A stretch of 64,000 nucleotides of DNA, taken from Candidatus Hadarchaeota archaeon. Its GTDB lineage: Archaea; CAYQAE01; CAYVLA01. The DNA is taken from NCBI GenBank assembly GCA_964621445.1, contig CAZUNO010000009.1, positions 1-64,000 on the forward strand, read 5' to 3'. A program made the position numbers and the translations under genes. Shown here piece by piece: positions 10,501 to 20,617 of the stretch (its first letter is position 1; every line of letters starts with the position of its first letter). Below the pieces are notes generated by a model. The model was not told where the DNA came from, searched no databases, and saw only the letters and a list, made by a program, of their open reading frames with translations.

Positions 10501-11775
10501 CTATTGCAGTCGGTGGACCTCAAGGTCCAGTATCTTCCCAGCTTCCAACAGAGCATCCATCCAGTGTCCAAGGGTCATTGAAGCGTGCTGGGACCCCACT
10601 ATCATCTCGGGTACCTTCTCCACATCGCCATCAACCGTCATGTGAACGATCTCCCTACAGTGAATGCCATCCTCGGTACCCACGATATTTCCTTCGATTA
10701 CGCTGATGGATTCCAGAGATTTTTCCATGTTAATCAGGGTCATGGGCTGTCCGGGCTCGATATCTGCATATGCGGTGACCCCGAACTTCCGGCCGTGATA
10801 ATCCCTGACCGTGAAGCCTCCAGAGGCAAGGGAAAGGGGAATTATATCGTGTTCTAAGCTTACTTCCCCCTCACGGGCCTCAAACCTTCCCTTGCTGCTG
10901 CCGAAGTTTCCCATGGTGACCGCTTGCTGACTTACGGCATGGAGAAGGAGAGATGCCAACATGGCCGTGATATCTCCCTCACAGGCACACAGTATGCCCT
11001 CATCGATTAGACGGTTAAAGGCCAGGCAGGGCACCACCGGTCTTTCCTCGGTGAAACGGCCGCAGTTTACAGTCAGACCATTAGCGTCCTCTCTATCACA
11101 AAGCTTACGCAAGGCTAGATAGACCCTGGTGGCGTCGAGTAGGTCTTTATCATCCGGTTCAATGACATTCTCGAAATCATTTTTCCATTCCTCGAGGTCT
11201 TCACCTACCTCATCCTCCGTGAACCGATCGAAGTACCGATAGAACTCATTGGTCTCTATATGCCTGGTTCTAACCCCGAATTTCTCCTCCAGCAGGGGGA
11301 AATCATAAGGCCCTTTTGGTGCCGAGAATGATGGAATCTCGCCAATGTAGAGGAATTTGCTCTCCTTCAGGTATTTTTGGGCCCGGAGACCCCTTAGGAA
11401 CTGGTCATCGGCCCTGGCGATTGGAAGACCCAGGTTGGATATAGTGCGCATCTCTAGGGGAACCGATCCCCGGGAGCGGACCAGAAGAGCGTCGGTATCC
11501 AGGCTGATCTGCTTCCTCAAGGACCTCATATGACCGTGTTCAATTACCACCAATGGCTCTTCGATCTCCACAAAGTCAACGTTAATCTCCTCCTCAAAGT
11601 CCTGGACCATCCTCTTCGAGGATTCCTCTGCCTCTTCACGGGTTATGCCGGGGAAATTTGGGGTGCCGGAAACATCCGCGGAACACACGCTGCCATAGAC
11701 ATCGGTGTAGTGATGGAGCCCCACGTACACGGGCTTTATCTTTACGATTCCTCTCTTCCTCTGGTTGGGTATCAT
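10501..11775 (-). CDS. L-fucose/L-arabinose isomerase-like protein
   Basis: PCLAFNRLIDEGILCACEGDITA motif; GIHCR and SQHAS segments of the FucI/AraA C-terminal domain. Start uncertain (11775-11814). Confidence 0.72.
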   Translation of the reverse strand: MIPNQRKRGIVKIKPVYVGLHHYTDVYGSVCSADVSGTPNFPGITREEAEESSKRMVQDFEEEINVDFVEIEEPLVVIEHGHMRSLRKQISLDTDALLVRSRGSVPLEMRTISNLGLPIARADDQFLRGLRAQKYLKESKFLYIGEIPSFSAPKGPYDFPLLEEKFGVRTRHIETNEFYRYFDRFTEDEVGEDLEEWKNDFENVIEPDDKDLLDATRVYLALRKLCDREDANGLTVNCGRFTEERPVVPCLAFNRLIDEGILCACEGDITAMLASLLLHAVSQQAVTMGNFGSSKGRFEAREGEVSLEHDIIPLSLASGGFTVRDYHGRKFGVTAYADIEPGQPMTLINMEKSLESISVIEGNIVGTEDGIHCREIVHMTVDGDVEKVPEMIVGSQHASMTLGHWMDALLEAGKILDLEVHRLQ

Positions 11776-11992
11776 CAATTTTACCCAAAGGTCCAAGGAC
11801 TTTAGTGTTTCCACCTGTTGAGATCAAGCATTATCCATCATGAGATAGATAGGTATGAGGTCATCAAATCCGGATAACTGGGAAGATCTAAAGATTAGTA
11901 AATTCCGGACTATGGTTCACACTATCTCCATAAAATTCATATGCACTGTCAAGTTCCAGTGCGTCGATATCCTGCCAGGGCCTGTCTGATCC

Positions 11993-12289
11993 TTATTCCT
12001 CGGCCATCTCGTCTACCTCTTCGGCCCCGTCGGCCAGGAAGCCTTCCTCGTCTTCAAGCAGTATGTTTAGTAGTCTCTGGAACTCGCCTGCGTGGACCTT
12101 CTCCTCGTCAGCCACATCCTGCAGAACTTCCTTGGCCAGCTCATTCTCAGTTGCATCGGCCAGGGCCTCATAGAGGTGTATGGCCTCTTCCTCGGCTGCC
12201 AGCGATAGACGCAAAGCTCTAGCAAGCTCCCTCGAGGTCAGCTTTCGATCCGGCGTAACCCCGCTAAACGGGTCTAGAAATTCGGGCAT
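11993..12289 (-). CDS. Short ferritin-like (rubrerythrin/EncFtn-type) protein
   Basis: EEEAIHLYE and DEEKVHAGEF di-iron motifs; SD GGAGGAG. Confidence 0.88.
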   Translation of the reverse strand: MPEFLDPFSGVTPDRKLTSRELARALRLSLAAEEEAIHLYEALADATENELAKEVLQDVADEEKVHAGEFQRLLNILLEDEEGFLADGAEEVDEMAEE

Positions 12290-12392
12290 TATATCTCCTC
12301 CCGCATGTTAAGATTATACTCTTAAAAGATTTAACGTTATCAACCGAAATTACGCAATTTGCACCTCGGAAGAAAACAGGCATCACGGGCCA

Positions 12393-12857
12393 TTAATCCA
12401 GGATAACGACCTTGCAGCTGCTTCCCCTACAGACCCTTTCCTTCACGGAACCCGAAAGGAGCTTGTCTATGCTCGATTTATCCGATGAATGTATTATCAC
12501 GTGGGACGGTTCAAATTTCTCAATCGCATTCAGAATAATTTTCGATGCCCTTCCCTCTCTCTCCTTCTTCTCGGTGGGAATTCCCAGGGCCTGGCTTATT
12601 CCAAGAATCTTGTCCGAATATCCCGATGCTCGTATCTCCTGGTCCCTCACTAGATGGCCCTTTAATGTCCTGAGATCCGAGGTACCCAGATAGCTCTCTA
12701 TGGTCCCGCTGGACTCCCGGGTCTCGGATATGCTGAGAACTATGACTTTTTCGGGTTCCTGTTGCTGGATCAATTTTCTAATCGTGTCCAGGCTCTTCCT
12801 CTTGTATGGTCTCCGGTAGCAGGCAATCAGTATCTTCCCGGCTCTATCTCCAACCAT
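12393..12857 (-). CDS. Universal stress protein (UspA family)
   Basis: C-terminal LLSGSVKERVCRGSSCKVVIL and GRASKIIL motifs. Confidence 0.8.
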   Translation of the reverse strand: MVGDRAGKILIACYRRPYKRKSLDTIRKLIQQQEPEKVIVLSISETRESSGTIESYLGTSDLRTLKGHLVRDQEIRASGYSDKILGISQALGIPTEKKEREGRASKIILNAIEKFEPSHVIIHSSDKSSIDKLLSGSVKERVCRGSSCKVVILD

Positions 12858-12861
12858 CCTC

Positions 12862-14298
12862 TCACCATAGACCTATTATCTTCCACCATCCTAAGCCGAC
12901 GGTCATGAACACGCATATGCCAATTAAATTTAGAGTTAGACCCGGTTTTAGAAAATCCCTCGTTCTTAGAAGCCCGGTGTCATAAACCATGGCAGAGCCG
13001 GGCGTGCCAATTATGAACATGAACGCGAATGCCGAGGGAAGGGCGACAACAAACATGGCCAGCTGAGGGTCCAGGCCCAGGCTGGAGGCACTGAACAGGG
13101 TGAGAACTATGGGAAGGATGGTGCCTGTGGCAGCGCTGTTGCTCATAACTTCGGAAAGAAAGATGGTCAAGGTGACGACCGCCAATATCAGTATGATGGG
13201 GCGTCCGATAAATGAGGAGATTAGATTTCTGGCGATGAAATCTGCCGCATTCGTCTCCTGTGAAAGGGCAAACGCGAGGGTTATGGCCCCGGCATAGAGG
13301 AATATGATGCCCCACGGTAGCTTGCTCTCCACATCCTCCCAGCTCAGGGTTCCGGTCATCCCCAGGAGCCCTGCAATAAAAACGGCCACCGTTGCCATCC
13401 CGATAATCGTCCCGAAGGTCGCCCAAAGCAGGAAAGCCAGGGCCAGGAAAAAGATGACCTTGACCTCGCTAAAGGAGAGATCTCCCATCTCCTTCACCTC
13501 TTCCTGTAGGTAGTCCCTCAGGTATTTCATGTCAATTTTCTCAGGTGGATAGAAATAGAGCATGACCATGAAAAGCAGGAACAGCATCACGAACACGATA
13601 GGTGCTGCCGCGATGAACCAGCCCAGGAAACTGATCGTCGTTTCAGGATACTGCTGATGGAAAATGGAGATGGCCAGCGGGTTCCTGGCTCCTCCCAACA
13701 GGGTTCCCATGCTCCCAACCGATGAACCATAGGCAAGTGATAGTAACACCGCCTTGGAGAAGTTCGTCCTCTCCATCTCCCTCTTTCCCGCTCGGAGGAC
13801 GCTCAATGTTATTGGGATGAGAAGGGCAACCACACCGTGCGCCGGCATTGTCATGGACAGCAGGGCGGAGATGAGTATTATTCCCAGCAGGAAGGTCCGG
13901 GGAGAGGAACCGAATCTTCTGAGGAAGGTTAGGGCTATCCTCTTGTCCAGATCATGTTTACTCAGGGAAAAGGCAAGGATAATCGCGCCCAGTAGGAAGA
14001 AGATCGTGCTGGACCCCGCTCCCTGAAAGGCACTATCCGGAGAAAAAACTCCGGTGGCCACCAAAGAGGCGGAAATGAAGAAGAAGGTCATGGGGAAGGA
14101 AATGGGCCTGGTGATCCATAGAATGATGGTGGCAGCAAATACTGCTATCCCGCTCTGCCCCTCGCGGGAAAGACCACTCGGATTGGGCCCAAAATGCATA
14201 ACCAGGAAAACGGTCAAGGCCAGTATTATGGCCAGCCATCTCTCCTTGTTCTCCGGGGCCCGAAGTCTCTTCAGATTGAGGTCCAAGTGATAATCCAC
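12862..14298 (-). CDS. DASS/SLC13 family anion:Na+ symporter
   Basis: Many TM helices; SSVGSMGTLLGGARNP, LSEVMSNSAA and IGTPGSAM motifs. Confidence 0.9.
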   Translation of the reverse strand: MDYHLDLNLKRLRAPENKERWLAIILALTVFLVMHFGPNPSGLSREGQSGIAVFAATIILWITRPISFPMTFFFISASLVATGVFSPDSAFQGAGSSTIFFLLGAIILAFSLSKHDLDKRIALTFLRRFGSSPRTFLLGIILISALLSMTMPAHGVVALLIPITLSVLRAGKREMERTNFSKAVLLSLAYGSSVGSMGTLLGGARNPLAISIFHQQYPETTISFLGWFIAAAPIVFVMLFLLFMVMLYFYPPEKIDMKYLRDYLQEEVKEMGDLSFSEVKVIFFLALAFLLWATFGTIIGMATVAVFIAGLLGMTGTLSWEDVESKLPWGIIFLYAGAITLAFALSQETNAADFIARNLISSFIGRPIILILAVVTLTIFLSEVMSNSAATGTILPIVLTLFSASSLGLDPQLAMFVVALPSAFAFMFIIGTPGSAMVYDTGLLRTRDFLKPGLTLNLIGICVFMTVGLGWWKIIGLW

Positions 14299-14416
14299 CG
14301 GTCCGATTAAGGTATGAAATTGAGTTTACATTTCAGGGAAAGGTTCACTTTTTTTATTTTGTCCAAGTTGGATCAGGGCCCAAATCCGCTTGACATGAAT
14401 TCAGTAGCAGAGACCG

Positions 14417-15172
14417 CTATTTCTTCCGGAACCTGTGAATTATCATTATAGCTACCATGGCCAGGCATATTCCTAGTATGTCCAGAGTTTTAATTCTCCA
14501 GCCGCCCTCGCCAAAAACGATCCGGAACTCGGGTCCGGATGGTACACCGGTTGTTATGTGCCAAATAATTCCAATGGTCCCGTCAGCCCTCCAGGTCTTG
14601 GCGGAGTTAGCCCTCGGTTCCCAATCCTTCGGTGGCTTACTGGAAGGTGGATAGATCCTGACCATAAGTTCCTCCGTATCCACCTCCAGAAAGGGGACCT
14701 TTAGCCTGACCAGAGTATTGGCGCCGGTCCTACCAAAAAGAAAATCCTTGGTTGTTGCCCCGATGGAATCTCCCAGGTTTTCAAGGCGATACTTCAATAT
14801 CAGGGTAACCTCCTGCCCTGCATATAACCTATCAGCAAGCAGTATGGTGACCAGGGTTTTATTTCCCTCGATCTCCGTCTCAACCTCCAGGTCGGTAGCA
14901 TCCCTGGTCCGGGCAATTAGGTTATCTTCGAGATCCCGTAACTCTCTGCTCGAATATGGGAAGGTGACATTTACCCTGCTCACGGACCCCTGGTAGCAGT
15001 ATAGGCTGAGGGACTGGGTGACGAACATGCTGGTACCTCCTCCATAGATGCTAGCTTCCACCGACTCGGAGGTGCAGTAGTAACCTAGAGCCATTACCGG
15101 AGGGCAAAGGATCGCCGCGCCCATCAAGGAAAATGCGAAAATGAATAAGCCCCGTCCTTTTCCACCGGCCAT
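14417..15172 (-). CDS. Hypothetical surface protein (signal peptide, beta-rich domain, C-terminal TM with basic tail)
   Basis: The ATG at 15172 gives the signal-like MAGGKGRGLFIFAFSLMGAAIL; C-terminus ILGICLAMVAIMIIHRFRKK. Confidence 0.65.
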   Translation of the reverse strand: MAGGKGRGLFIFAFSLMGAAILCPPVMALGYYCTSESVEASIYGGGTSMFVTQSLSLYCYQGSVSRVNVTFPYSSRELRDLEDNLIARTRDATDLEVETEIEGNKTLVTILLADRLYAGQEVTLILKYRLENLGDSIGATTKDFLFGRTGANTLVRLKVPFLEVDTEELMVRIYPPSSKPPKDWEPRANSAKTWRADGTIGIIWHITTGVPSGPEFRIVFGEGGWRIKTLDILGICLAMVAIMIIHRFRKK

Positions 15173-15319
15173 TCTATTGTACCCCCGATTTCTGTGTCGA
15201 GCCTCAGATCCATAAATGTATACCATCCGGGAATTCAGGGACAGCCACTTCCACACGGAACTCCTCAGAGGTGAAACAAATATAGACCGCCAGTCAAAAG
15301 CAACATCGGTAGAACCGAA

Positions 15320-16432
15320 ATGAATCCGGATTATGATCCGAGTTCCAAGGCATTCTTCACCCCGGAATGGTTTGCAGCCCAGCAAGGCAAGAAAATGGAG
15401 CCCCCCAGGGGAGGGCTACTCCTGGCCGGCTGCTCGGCGGGATCCTATCTGTCCAAGAGCGTCGCCGATAGGTACGAGGAACTGCTAGAGAAGGCCGGGA
15501 GCAACTGTGAAATACTGTACATGGACGACATCGATAGGCGTTTTACGGACTCCGAGACCTGCGTTAGGCTTGACATGCATGTCGGTGGTTTTGACGTATT
15601 CCTTTTCCAGGCTCTCTTCGACCCAACCTCCGAACTCAGCATCGACCAGAACTACATGGCCTTCCTTATCGCCGCCAGAACCTTCAAGGAACACGGGGCC
15701 AAGCACGTAACCGGAGTTCTCCCCTATCTCGCATATGCCCGGCAGGACAAGCCAACCTCATTCACCCGAGAACCCACCACCGCTCGTCTCATGGCCGACC
15801 TAAGCATAGAGGCGGGCATAGATTCGTTAATCGCCTGGGACCCACATGCGGGGCAGATCAGAGGGTTCTATGGCAGCGTTCCCGTGAACATGCTTGAATC
15901 GTTAACCCTGTTCATCAACGAATTTGATGATTTTAGAGCCAGGGATGACGTCATAACCGTTTCACCCGACGCAGGGGCCTCAAAATTCATAACCCACTTC
16001 GGCCGTGCCCTGGACATCAAATGTGCCATAGGTTCCAAGTACCGTCCCGAGCCCGAGAAGGTGGTCATGTCGGAGATTATAGGGGATTTCACCGACAAGA
16101 AGATAGCCATCATACTTGATGACATCCTCAGCAGCGGGGGAACGGTCCACGCCCTCACAAAAAAGCTGGTTGAGGAAAAGGGAATTGAAGAGGTATACTT
16201 AGGGGTATCCCACAACCTGTGCCTCCCAAAGGCCAGGGAGAGAATGAAGGAGCTAAACGAGGATTACGGTCTGAAAGAGTTCGTGGTCACCAACAGCATA
16301 CCCCAGACCGAGGATTTCTGTTCCCTGGACTTCCTCAAGGTCCGGTGCCTGTCAGACACCTTTGCCAGAACCATCAACCGCATCCACTATAGTCGCTCGG
16401 TGAGCGAGGTTTTCTACAGGCCCCGGGCCTAA
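15320..16432 (+). CDS. prs: Ribose-phosphate pyrophosphokinase
   Basis: FTDSET, PYLAYARQDK, SPDAGA, ILDDILSSGGT, VVTNSIP. Confidence 0.93.
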   Translation: MNPDYDPSSKAFFTPEWFAAQQGKKMEPPRGGLLLAGCSAGSYLSKSVADRYEELLEKAGSNCEILYMDDIDRRFTDSETCVRLDMHVGGFDVFLFQALFDPTSELSIDQNYMAFLIAARTFKEHGAKHVTGVLPYLAYARQDKPTSFTREPTTARLMADLSIEAGIDSLIAWDPHAGQIRGFYGSVPVNMLESLTLFINEFDDFRARDDVITVSPDAGASKFITHFGRALDIKCAIGSKYRPEPEKVVMSEIIGDFTDKKIAIILDDILSSGGTVHALTKKLVEEKGIEEVYLGVSHNLCLPKARERMKELNEDYGLKEFVVTNSIPQTEDFCSLDFLKVRCLSDTFARTINRIHYSRSVSEVFYRPRA

Positions 16433-16481
16433 AGGAATTCGGCAGAACCGTTAGGACATCTAGATAATCCATGATTCTTTG

Positions 16482-16523
16482 TCGATGATGATTACCCGGG
16501 TCTGAACGTCAACATGCCACTGA
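16482..16523 (+). ncRNA. Candidate box C/D guide sRNA
   Basis: ATGATGA (16485-91), TTACCCGGGT, CTGA (16502-05), then a second CTGA (16520-23), in an intergenic gap. The guide is complementary to the conserved archaeal 16S tract ACCCGGGUAG. Confidence 0.45.
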
Positions 16524-16544
16524 TTGACGGTTTTTCGAGAGGCT

Positions 16545-17618
16545 CTAGCCGGTGGTCTGATCCACATAGAACCAATCGCTCTCCAGCACCTTCAGTTTCA
16601 GGGACGCCAGAACCCTCTCCCCATTCTCACGGGGCTCCGAAATGTAATATGTCAGGTAAACCCTCCCATCAACGAAGGTAACGCTGGTGTAACAGTAGGT
16701 GCGTGAATGGTCGCTCTCGATATTTTTTACCCCACCCCAACTCTTGCCTTCATCCCTGGATATGGCCGAGGTTAACGGCGTTCTCCTGGAGAAGGGCTCG
16801 CCATCCGTTCTCTGACTCCGATCATTCCATATGACCAGTAGATCCCGGGTGGATGGAATTCTCTTAATGGAAACCGGAGATACAGGTGCTTCCAGTTCCG
16901 TCGGTCCTGGCGCCGACCAGGTCTCTCCCCCGTCCAGGGAACGGGACTGGTATATGTAGCCAAGATCACACCTCATGAACATCAGCAACGAACCGTCCTT
17001 CAGTTCCACCACCCCTGGTTCCTGCATTCCGGATTCCGAGCCCTCTACCTGCAACCTGGAATCTGAAGGCTCCCAGCTCTCTCCCCGGTCATCGGAGTAG
17101 AAAACGGTAGACCAGTTCGCCCCCCCGGACCTTTCGGGATATGTACATGCGGGGACGATCAGCCTGCCGTCCGAGAGCTGGACCAGCCGATCGTTATTCA
17201 CCACATGATATCCCTTCTGGGGCGTGGCGCAAACGGCCTCGGACCAGGAGCCTCCCTCGTCATCGGATTTCCTGAAATAGGCTCTGCAATCCTGCTGGGA
17301 ATTCTTGACCAGATATAGAAGTGCCATATCCCCCGAGTGCAGCCTTTCCAGGCTCACCGACATCACGTTCATATCGCCCGTATTTGGCTGCAGGACGAAG
17401 CCGTCCTCCCAGTTAATTCCCCGGTCCCTAGATATTCGGCCCACCACCCTGGCCGATGAGTGATCGGAGCTCCCACCGTAAAACTGGGTATAGGTCAGGA
17501 GCAGGGAGCCGTCCTTCAACTCTATCATGTCCCCCTCGCCCCTTCTGGGGATGGATTCATCTATCCACCACACCTTCTCGTAGATCTCTAGATCATTCAA
17601 AGAAAGTTCTCCCTTCAC
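16545..17618 (-). CDS. BNR/Asp-box sialidase-like glycoside hydrolase
   Basis: Five Asp-boxes (SRDRGINW, SDDEGGSW, SDDRGESW, SLDGGETW, SRDEGKSW); QEPGVVEL, RTPL, YCYTS. Confidence 0.85.
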   Translation of the reverse strand: MKGELSLNDLEIYEKVWWIDESIPRRGEGDMIELKDGSLLLTYTQFYGGSSDHSSARVVGRISRDRGINWEDGFVLQPNTGDMNVMSVSLERLHSGDMALLYLVKNSQQDCRAYFRKSDDEGGSWSEAVCATPQKGYHVVNNDRLVQLSDGRLIVPACTYPERSGGANWSTVFYSDDRGESWEPSDSRLQVEGSESGMQEPGVVELKDGSLLMFMRCDLGYIYQSRSLDGGETWSAPGPTELEAPVSPVSIKRIPSTRDLLVIWNDRSQRTDGEPFSRRTPLTSAISRDEGKSWGGVKNIESDHSRTYCYTSVTFVDGRVYLTYYISEPRENGERVLASLKLKVLESDWFYVDQTTG

Positions 17619-18340
17619 ATATATTGAACGCCGAACTCCTTGGTCTTAATGCCCACCTTATCGACGTGCTTTTTGGCAATTCTCGCCAGCCTAGAGAGCC
17701 TATTGGGGGCCGGTGACTCGACCTTCTCCAGAGAGCTATCCAGAAGATCGCCCTCGGGTCTAAACTGCTGTAGGTAATATACATCACAGCCCTCGATAAG
17801 CGGAGCGATGATTTCAATATCCCTCGGACCCACCAGACCGGGAACCACGGTAGTACGTATTTCCACGGTGGCCCTCGATTGGATGGATCTCTCGACTGAC
17901 TCGATTACCCTGTCGGCCATCTCGGCACTTACCCCGGCGACCTCTCCGTATCTTTCGGGCGCGGACTTGAAATCTATACTCACCCTATCGACGAGTCCCT
18001 TCCCCAACATCCTCTCCAATACCTCCGGCCTTGACCCATTGGTGTCGATGAGCACCCCCCGTTCCCTTGATTTTATGTAGGAGGCCAGGTCCATCACCGC
18101 CTCCTCCTGAAGGGTCGGTTCTCCCCCGGAGAAAACCACTCCATCGATCCACATCAGGTTTTCCTCTATCTTTTCCTTGAACTCCTCTACCTCCATCTGG
18201 TTACCGGAGTTCATGGGTATTATTCCAGAATTCTGACAGAAGGGGCACCTGAAGTTGCATCCGGCCAGCCATACTATCATGGCGCACTTGCCGGGCCAAT
18301 CCACGGTGGTAGGTATGAGATAATCGCCGATTCTCAACAC
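17615..18340 (-). CDS. nrdG: Anaerobic ribonucleotide reductase activating protein (radical SAM)
   Basis: DWPG, GCNFRCPFCQN, FSGGEPTLQ, DTNGS, EIRTTVVP, YYLQQF. Confidence 0.85.
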   Translation of the reverse strand: MLRIGDYLIPTTVDWPGKCAMIVWLAGCNFRCPFCQNSGIIPMNSGNQMEVEEFKEKIEENLMWIDGVVFSGGEPTLQEEAVMDLASYIKSRERGVLIDTNGSRPEVLERMLGKGLVDRVSIDFKSAPERYGEVAGVSAEMADRVIESVERSIQSRATVEIRTTVVPGLVGPRDIEIIAPLIEGCDVYYLQQFRPEGDLLDSSLEKVESPAPNRLSRLARIAKKHVDKVGIKTKEFGVQYM

Positions 18341-18414
18341 TTATCTCCCTTTATGCTAATCCAGAGATGTAGAATAATGTGTTCGTATACGACCACATTG
18401 TGGCGCGGATTCCT

Positions 18415-19143
18415 CTAGGCCCCTTCCCATTCCTCGAGGGTCTTCACAAGTATATCGGGGTGATCAGTATCTATACCGTCAACCCCCATGTTCAGGGCGG
18501 CCAACATCCCCTCTTGGTTGTCCATCTCACCAAGGGTATCAACGTAGACCTCACCTCCGGCCCCGTGCACCTCCTCCACGGCCTCGGGGGTCCAATCCAC
18601 AATATTGGAATCCAATACCTCTGCCGGCAGGTTATTCACTATCGCTGCTGGAATACCCGGTACCCTTAGCCATATACCGGGTCCCGGCATAACCCGCAGA
18701 CCCGGTTCTAACTCCTTAAGTTTGGCTAAGGTATCCAGATCCGAATAGACCACCGTGTCCCCGATCATCCCATACCTAGACAGCGTTGCCAAGACAGGGT
18801 CCAGGGGCGCTTCCTTGAGATCGAGATAGATGCCTATGTGACCCTCACACACCTCCAGGACCTCCTGAAAAGTTGGTATCGACAGGCCCCGGAAACGGTC
18901 ATCAAACCAGGACCCGGCATCGAGACCCTTCAACTCATCCAATGCCAAATCGCTAACTTTTCCCGAACCATCAGTGACCCTATCAACGGTCTCATCATGG
19001 CTCAAAACAAGGTGGGCGTCCTTTGTGCATCTGATGTCTATCTCCACGTAATCTAGACCCATATCTATGGCCGCCTTGAACGCGGGAATGGTGTTCTCCG
19101 GTGCCATCTCGTTTACTCCGCGATGAGCTATCTTTACCACCAT
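18415..19143 (-). CDS. Glycerophosphodiester phosphodiesterase
   Basis: IAHRG, PENTIPAF, VEIDI, HDETVDR, GVDGIDTD. Confidence 0.92.
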   Translation of the reverse strand: MVVKIAHRGVNEMAPENTIPAFKAAIDMGLDYVEIDIRCTKDAHLVLSHDETVDRVTDGSGKVSDLALDELKGLDAGSWFDDRFRGLSIPTFQEVLEVCEGHIGIYLDLKEAPLDPVLATLSRYGMIGDTVVYSDLDTLAKLKELEPGLRVMPGPGIWLRVPGIPAAIVNNLPAEVLDSNIVDWTPEAVEEVHGAGGEVYVDTLGEMDNQEGMLAALNMGVDGIDTDHPDILVKTLEEWEGA

Positions 19144-19202
19144 AACTATCGCTTTCAGAATCGGCACAGATATTAAAACTCTGACCTCGAAGATATTCGC
19201 AC

Positions 19203-19619
19203 ATGGGAAAAGGTTACGACACGCTGAACAAGCTGGTCGAGTTCGAAAGAAGGCGTTCCAGAAAGGCCGTACCGCTGCCCGAAAAATATGTGGAACTGCT
19301 CGACGAGGAGGAGCCCTTCTTCAAAACTAGAGGAGACGAGAAATACCCGGTTAATCCCGATGAACTCGATTTGATCAGGGCCCACCTTCAGGAACGGGAC
19401 CTGGAAAAGGCCCGACTGCCCATCTTCCTAAAACCTGCTCCTTCACTGGGCTCCCATTTCTATCAAATTCTGGGGGTAGAGAAGGGAACGGAATCCGAAC
19501 ATATTCACTCGAAAATAGTTTTTGGGATTCTGGAAACCAAACCACGTAGTTATCTCCACACATATGAGGTTCACAGGGTTAAGAGGATAATACCTAGCCT
19601 CATCCATATTTTCTACTGA
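19203..19619 (+). CDS. DUF61 family archaeal protein
   Basis: ELLDEEEPFFKTRG...PDEL...RLPI pattern and length match the family as recalled. Confidence 0.65.
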   Translation: MGKGYDTLNKLVEFERRRSRKAVPLPEKYVELLDEEEPFFKTRGDEKYPVNPDELDLIRAHLQERDLEKARLPIFLKPAPSLGSHFYQILGVEKGTESEHIHSKIVFGILETKPRSYLHTYEVHRVKRIIPSLIHIFY

Positions 19620-19639
19620 TTCTGCACCATTTAGGTAAT

Positions 19640-20536
19640 CTAGTCCATAGGAACGGTGACCCTTCTAGATGACCCGGTGGCCGTGAGGTAGATGCCAAGG
19701 AGAATCAGAGGAGAGGCCGCCACAACCCATGAACTGGGAACCTCCCTCAGGACCATCAGTGCCAGCAGGGAGGATAAAACCGGCTCGCCAAGCGTGGAAA
19801 CGGCGATTATCTTGGGGTCAAGGAATTTTAGAAGATAATTATATAGGGTATGCCCAAGGTGACTGGGCACAACTCCCAGGCAAAGGAGTATGGCATAGTC
19901 CAGTGAGTTCAGACCAAGAAGGTCAATTCCCTGCACCATGCATGTTCCAAGTAGTACGACCGCGGCTACCCCATAGACCAGGAATACATAGGTGAGCAAG
20001 GGTATCTTTTGTCGTAGCCTCCTTCCGGCCACCAAATACAGGGATACCGCCACAGCCCCTCCCAGGGCCAAGACCTCGCCCCGGAAACCCATTCCAAAAC
20101 CCATTCTATCTCCGGTTATGAGGAACACGCCTATCAGGGCAACACCTATTCCAATCGCCGCCCTGGTTGTTGTTTTTTCCTCCAGGAAAACACCACCTAG
20201 TAAGGCAACGAATACCGGCGACATGGAAACCAAAAACACCGAGGCGGCAACGGTGGTGAAGTAGAGAGAGGTTATCCAAAGGGCGAAATGAAGTGCCAGA
20301 CACACCCCCGTGAGGACTAGCAACAAGGCATCCTTCCTTGATATAAGGGAAACTCCCGGAAGGCCCCTCCAGGCAATGAATGGCACCAGAACAAGAGTAG
20401 CAAAAGTCAACCTCAGGGCGGCAACAGACATAGGCCCGGTCGAGGTAAGGCGGATCAGAATTGCGGCCGTCGAGACGGAGAGCACGCTCACAGCTAGGCT
20501 CAAGCCAATTCTAATCCCCGATGGGCTATCATCCAA
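19640..20536 (-). CDS. EamA/DMT family transporter
   Basis: About 10 TM helices in two repeats; ALHFALWITSL, GHTLYN, LGEPV. Confidence 0.9.
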   Translation of the reverse strand: MDDSPSGIRIGLSLAVSVLSVSTAAILIRLTSTGPMSVAALRLTFATLVLVPFIAWRGLPGVSLISRKDALLLVLTGVCLALHFALWITSLYFTTVAASVFLVSMSPVFVALLGGVFLEEKTTTRAAIGIGVALIGVFLITGDRMGFGMGFRGEVLALGGAVAVSLYLVAGRRLRQKIPLLTYVFLVYGVAAVVLLGTCMVQGIDLLGLNSLDYAILLCLGVVPSHLGHTLYNYLLKFLDPKIIAVSTLGEPVLSSLLALMVLREVPSSWVVAASPLILLGIYLTATGSSRRVTVPMD

Positions 20537-20617
20537 GCAAATGCACTGTCCTACAGGAAAGTTGACGCCTTCTTGACATCATATGTCAAAAACGTTAGCT
20601 TTTTATTGCAGCGCTGC

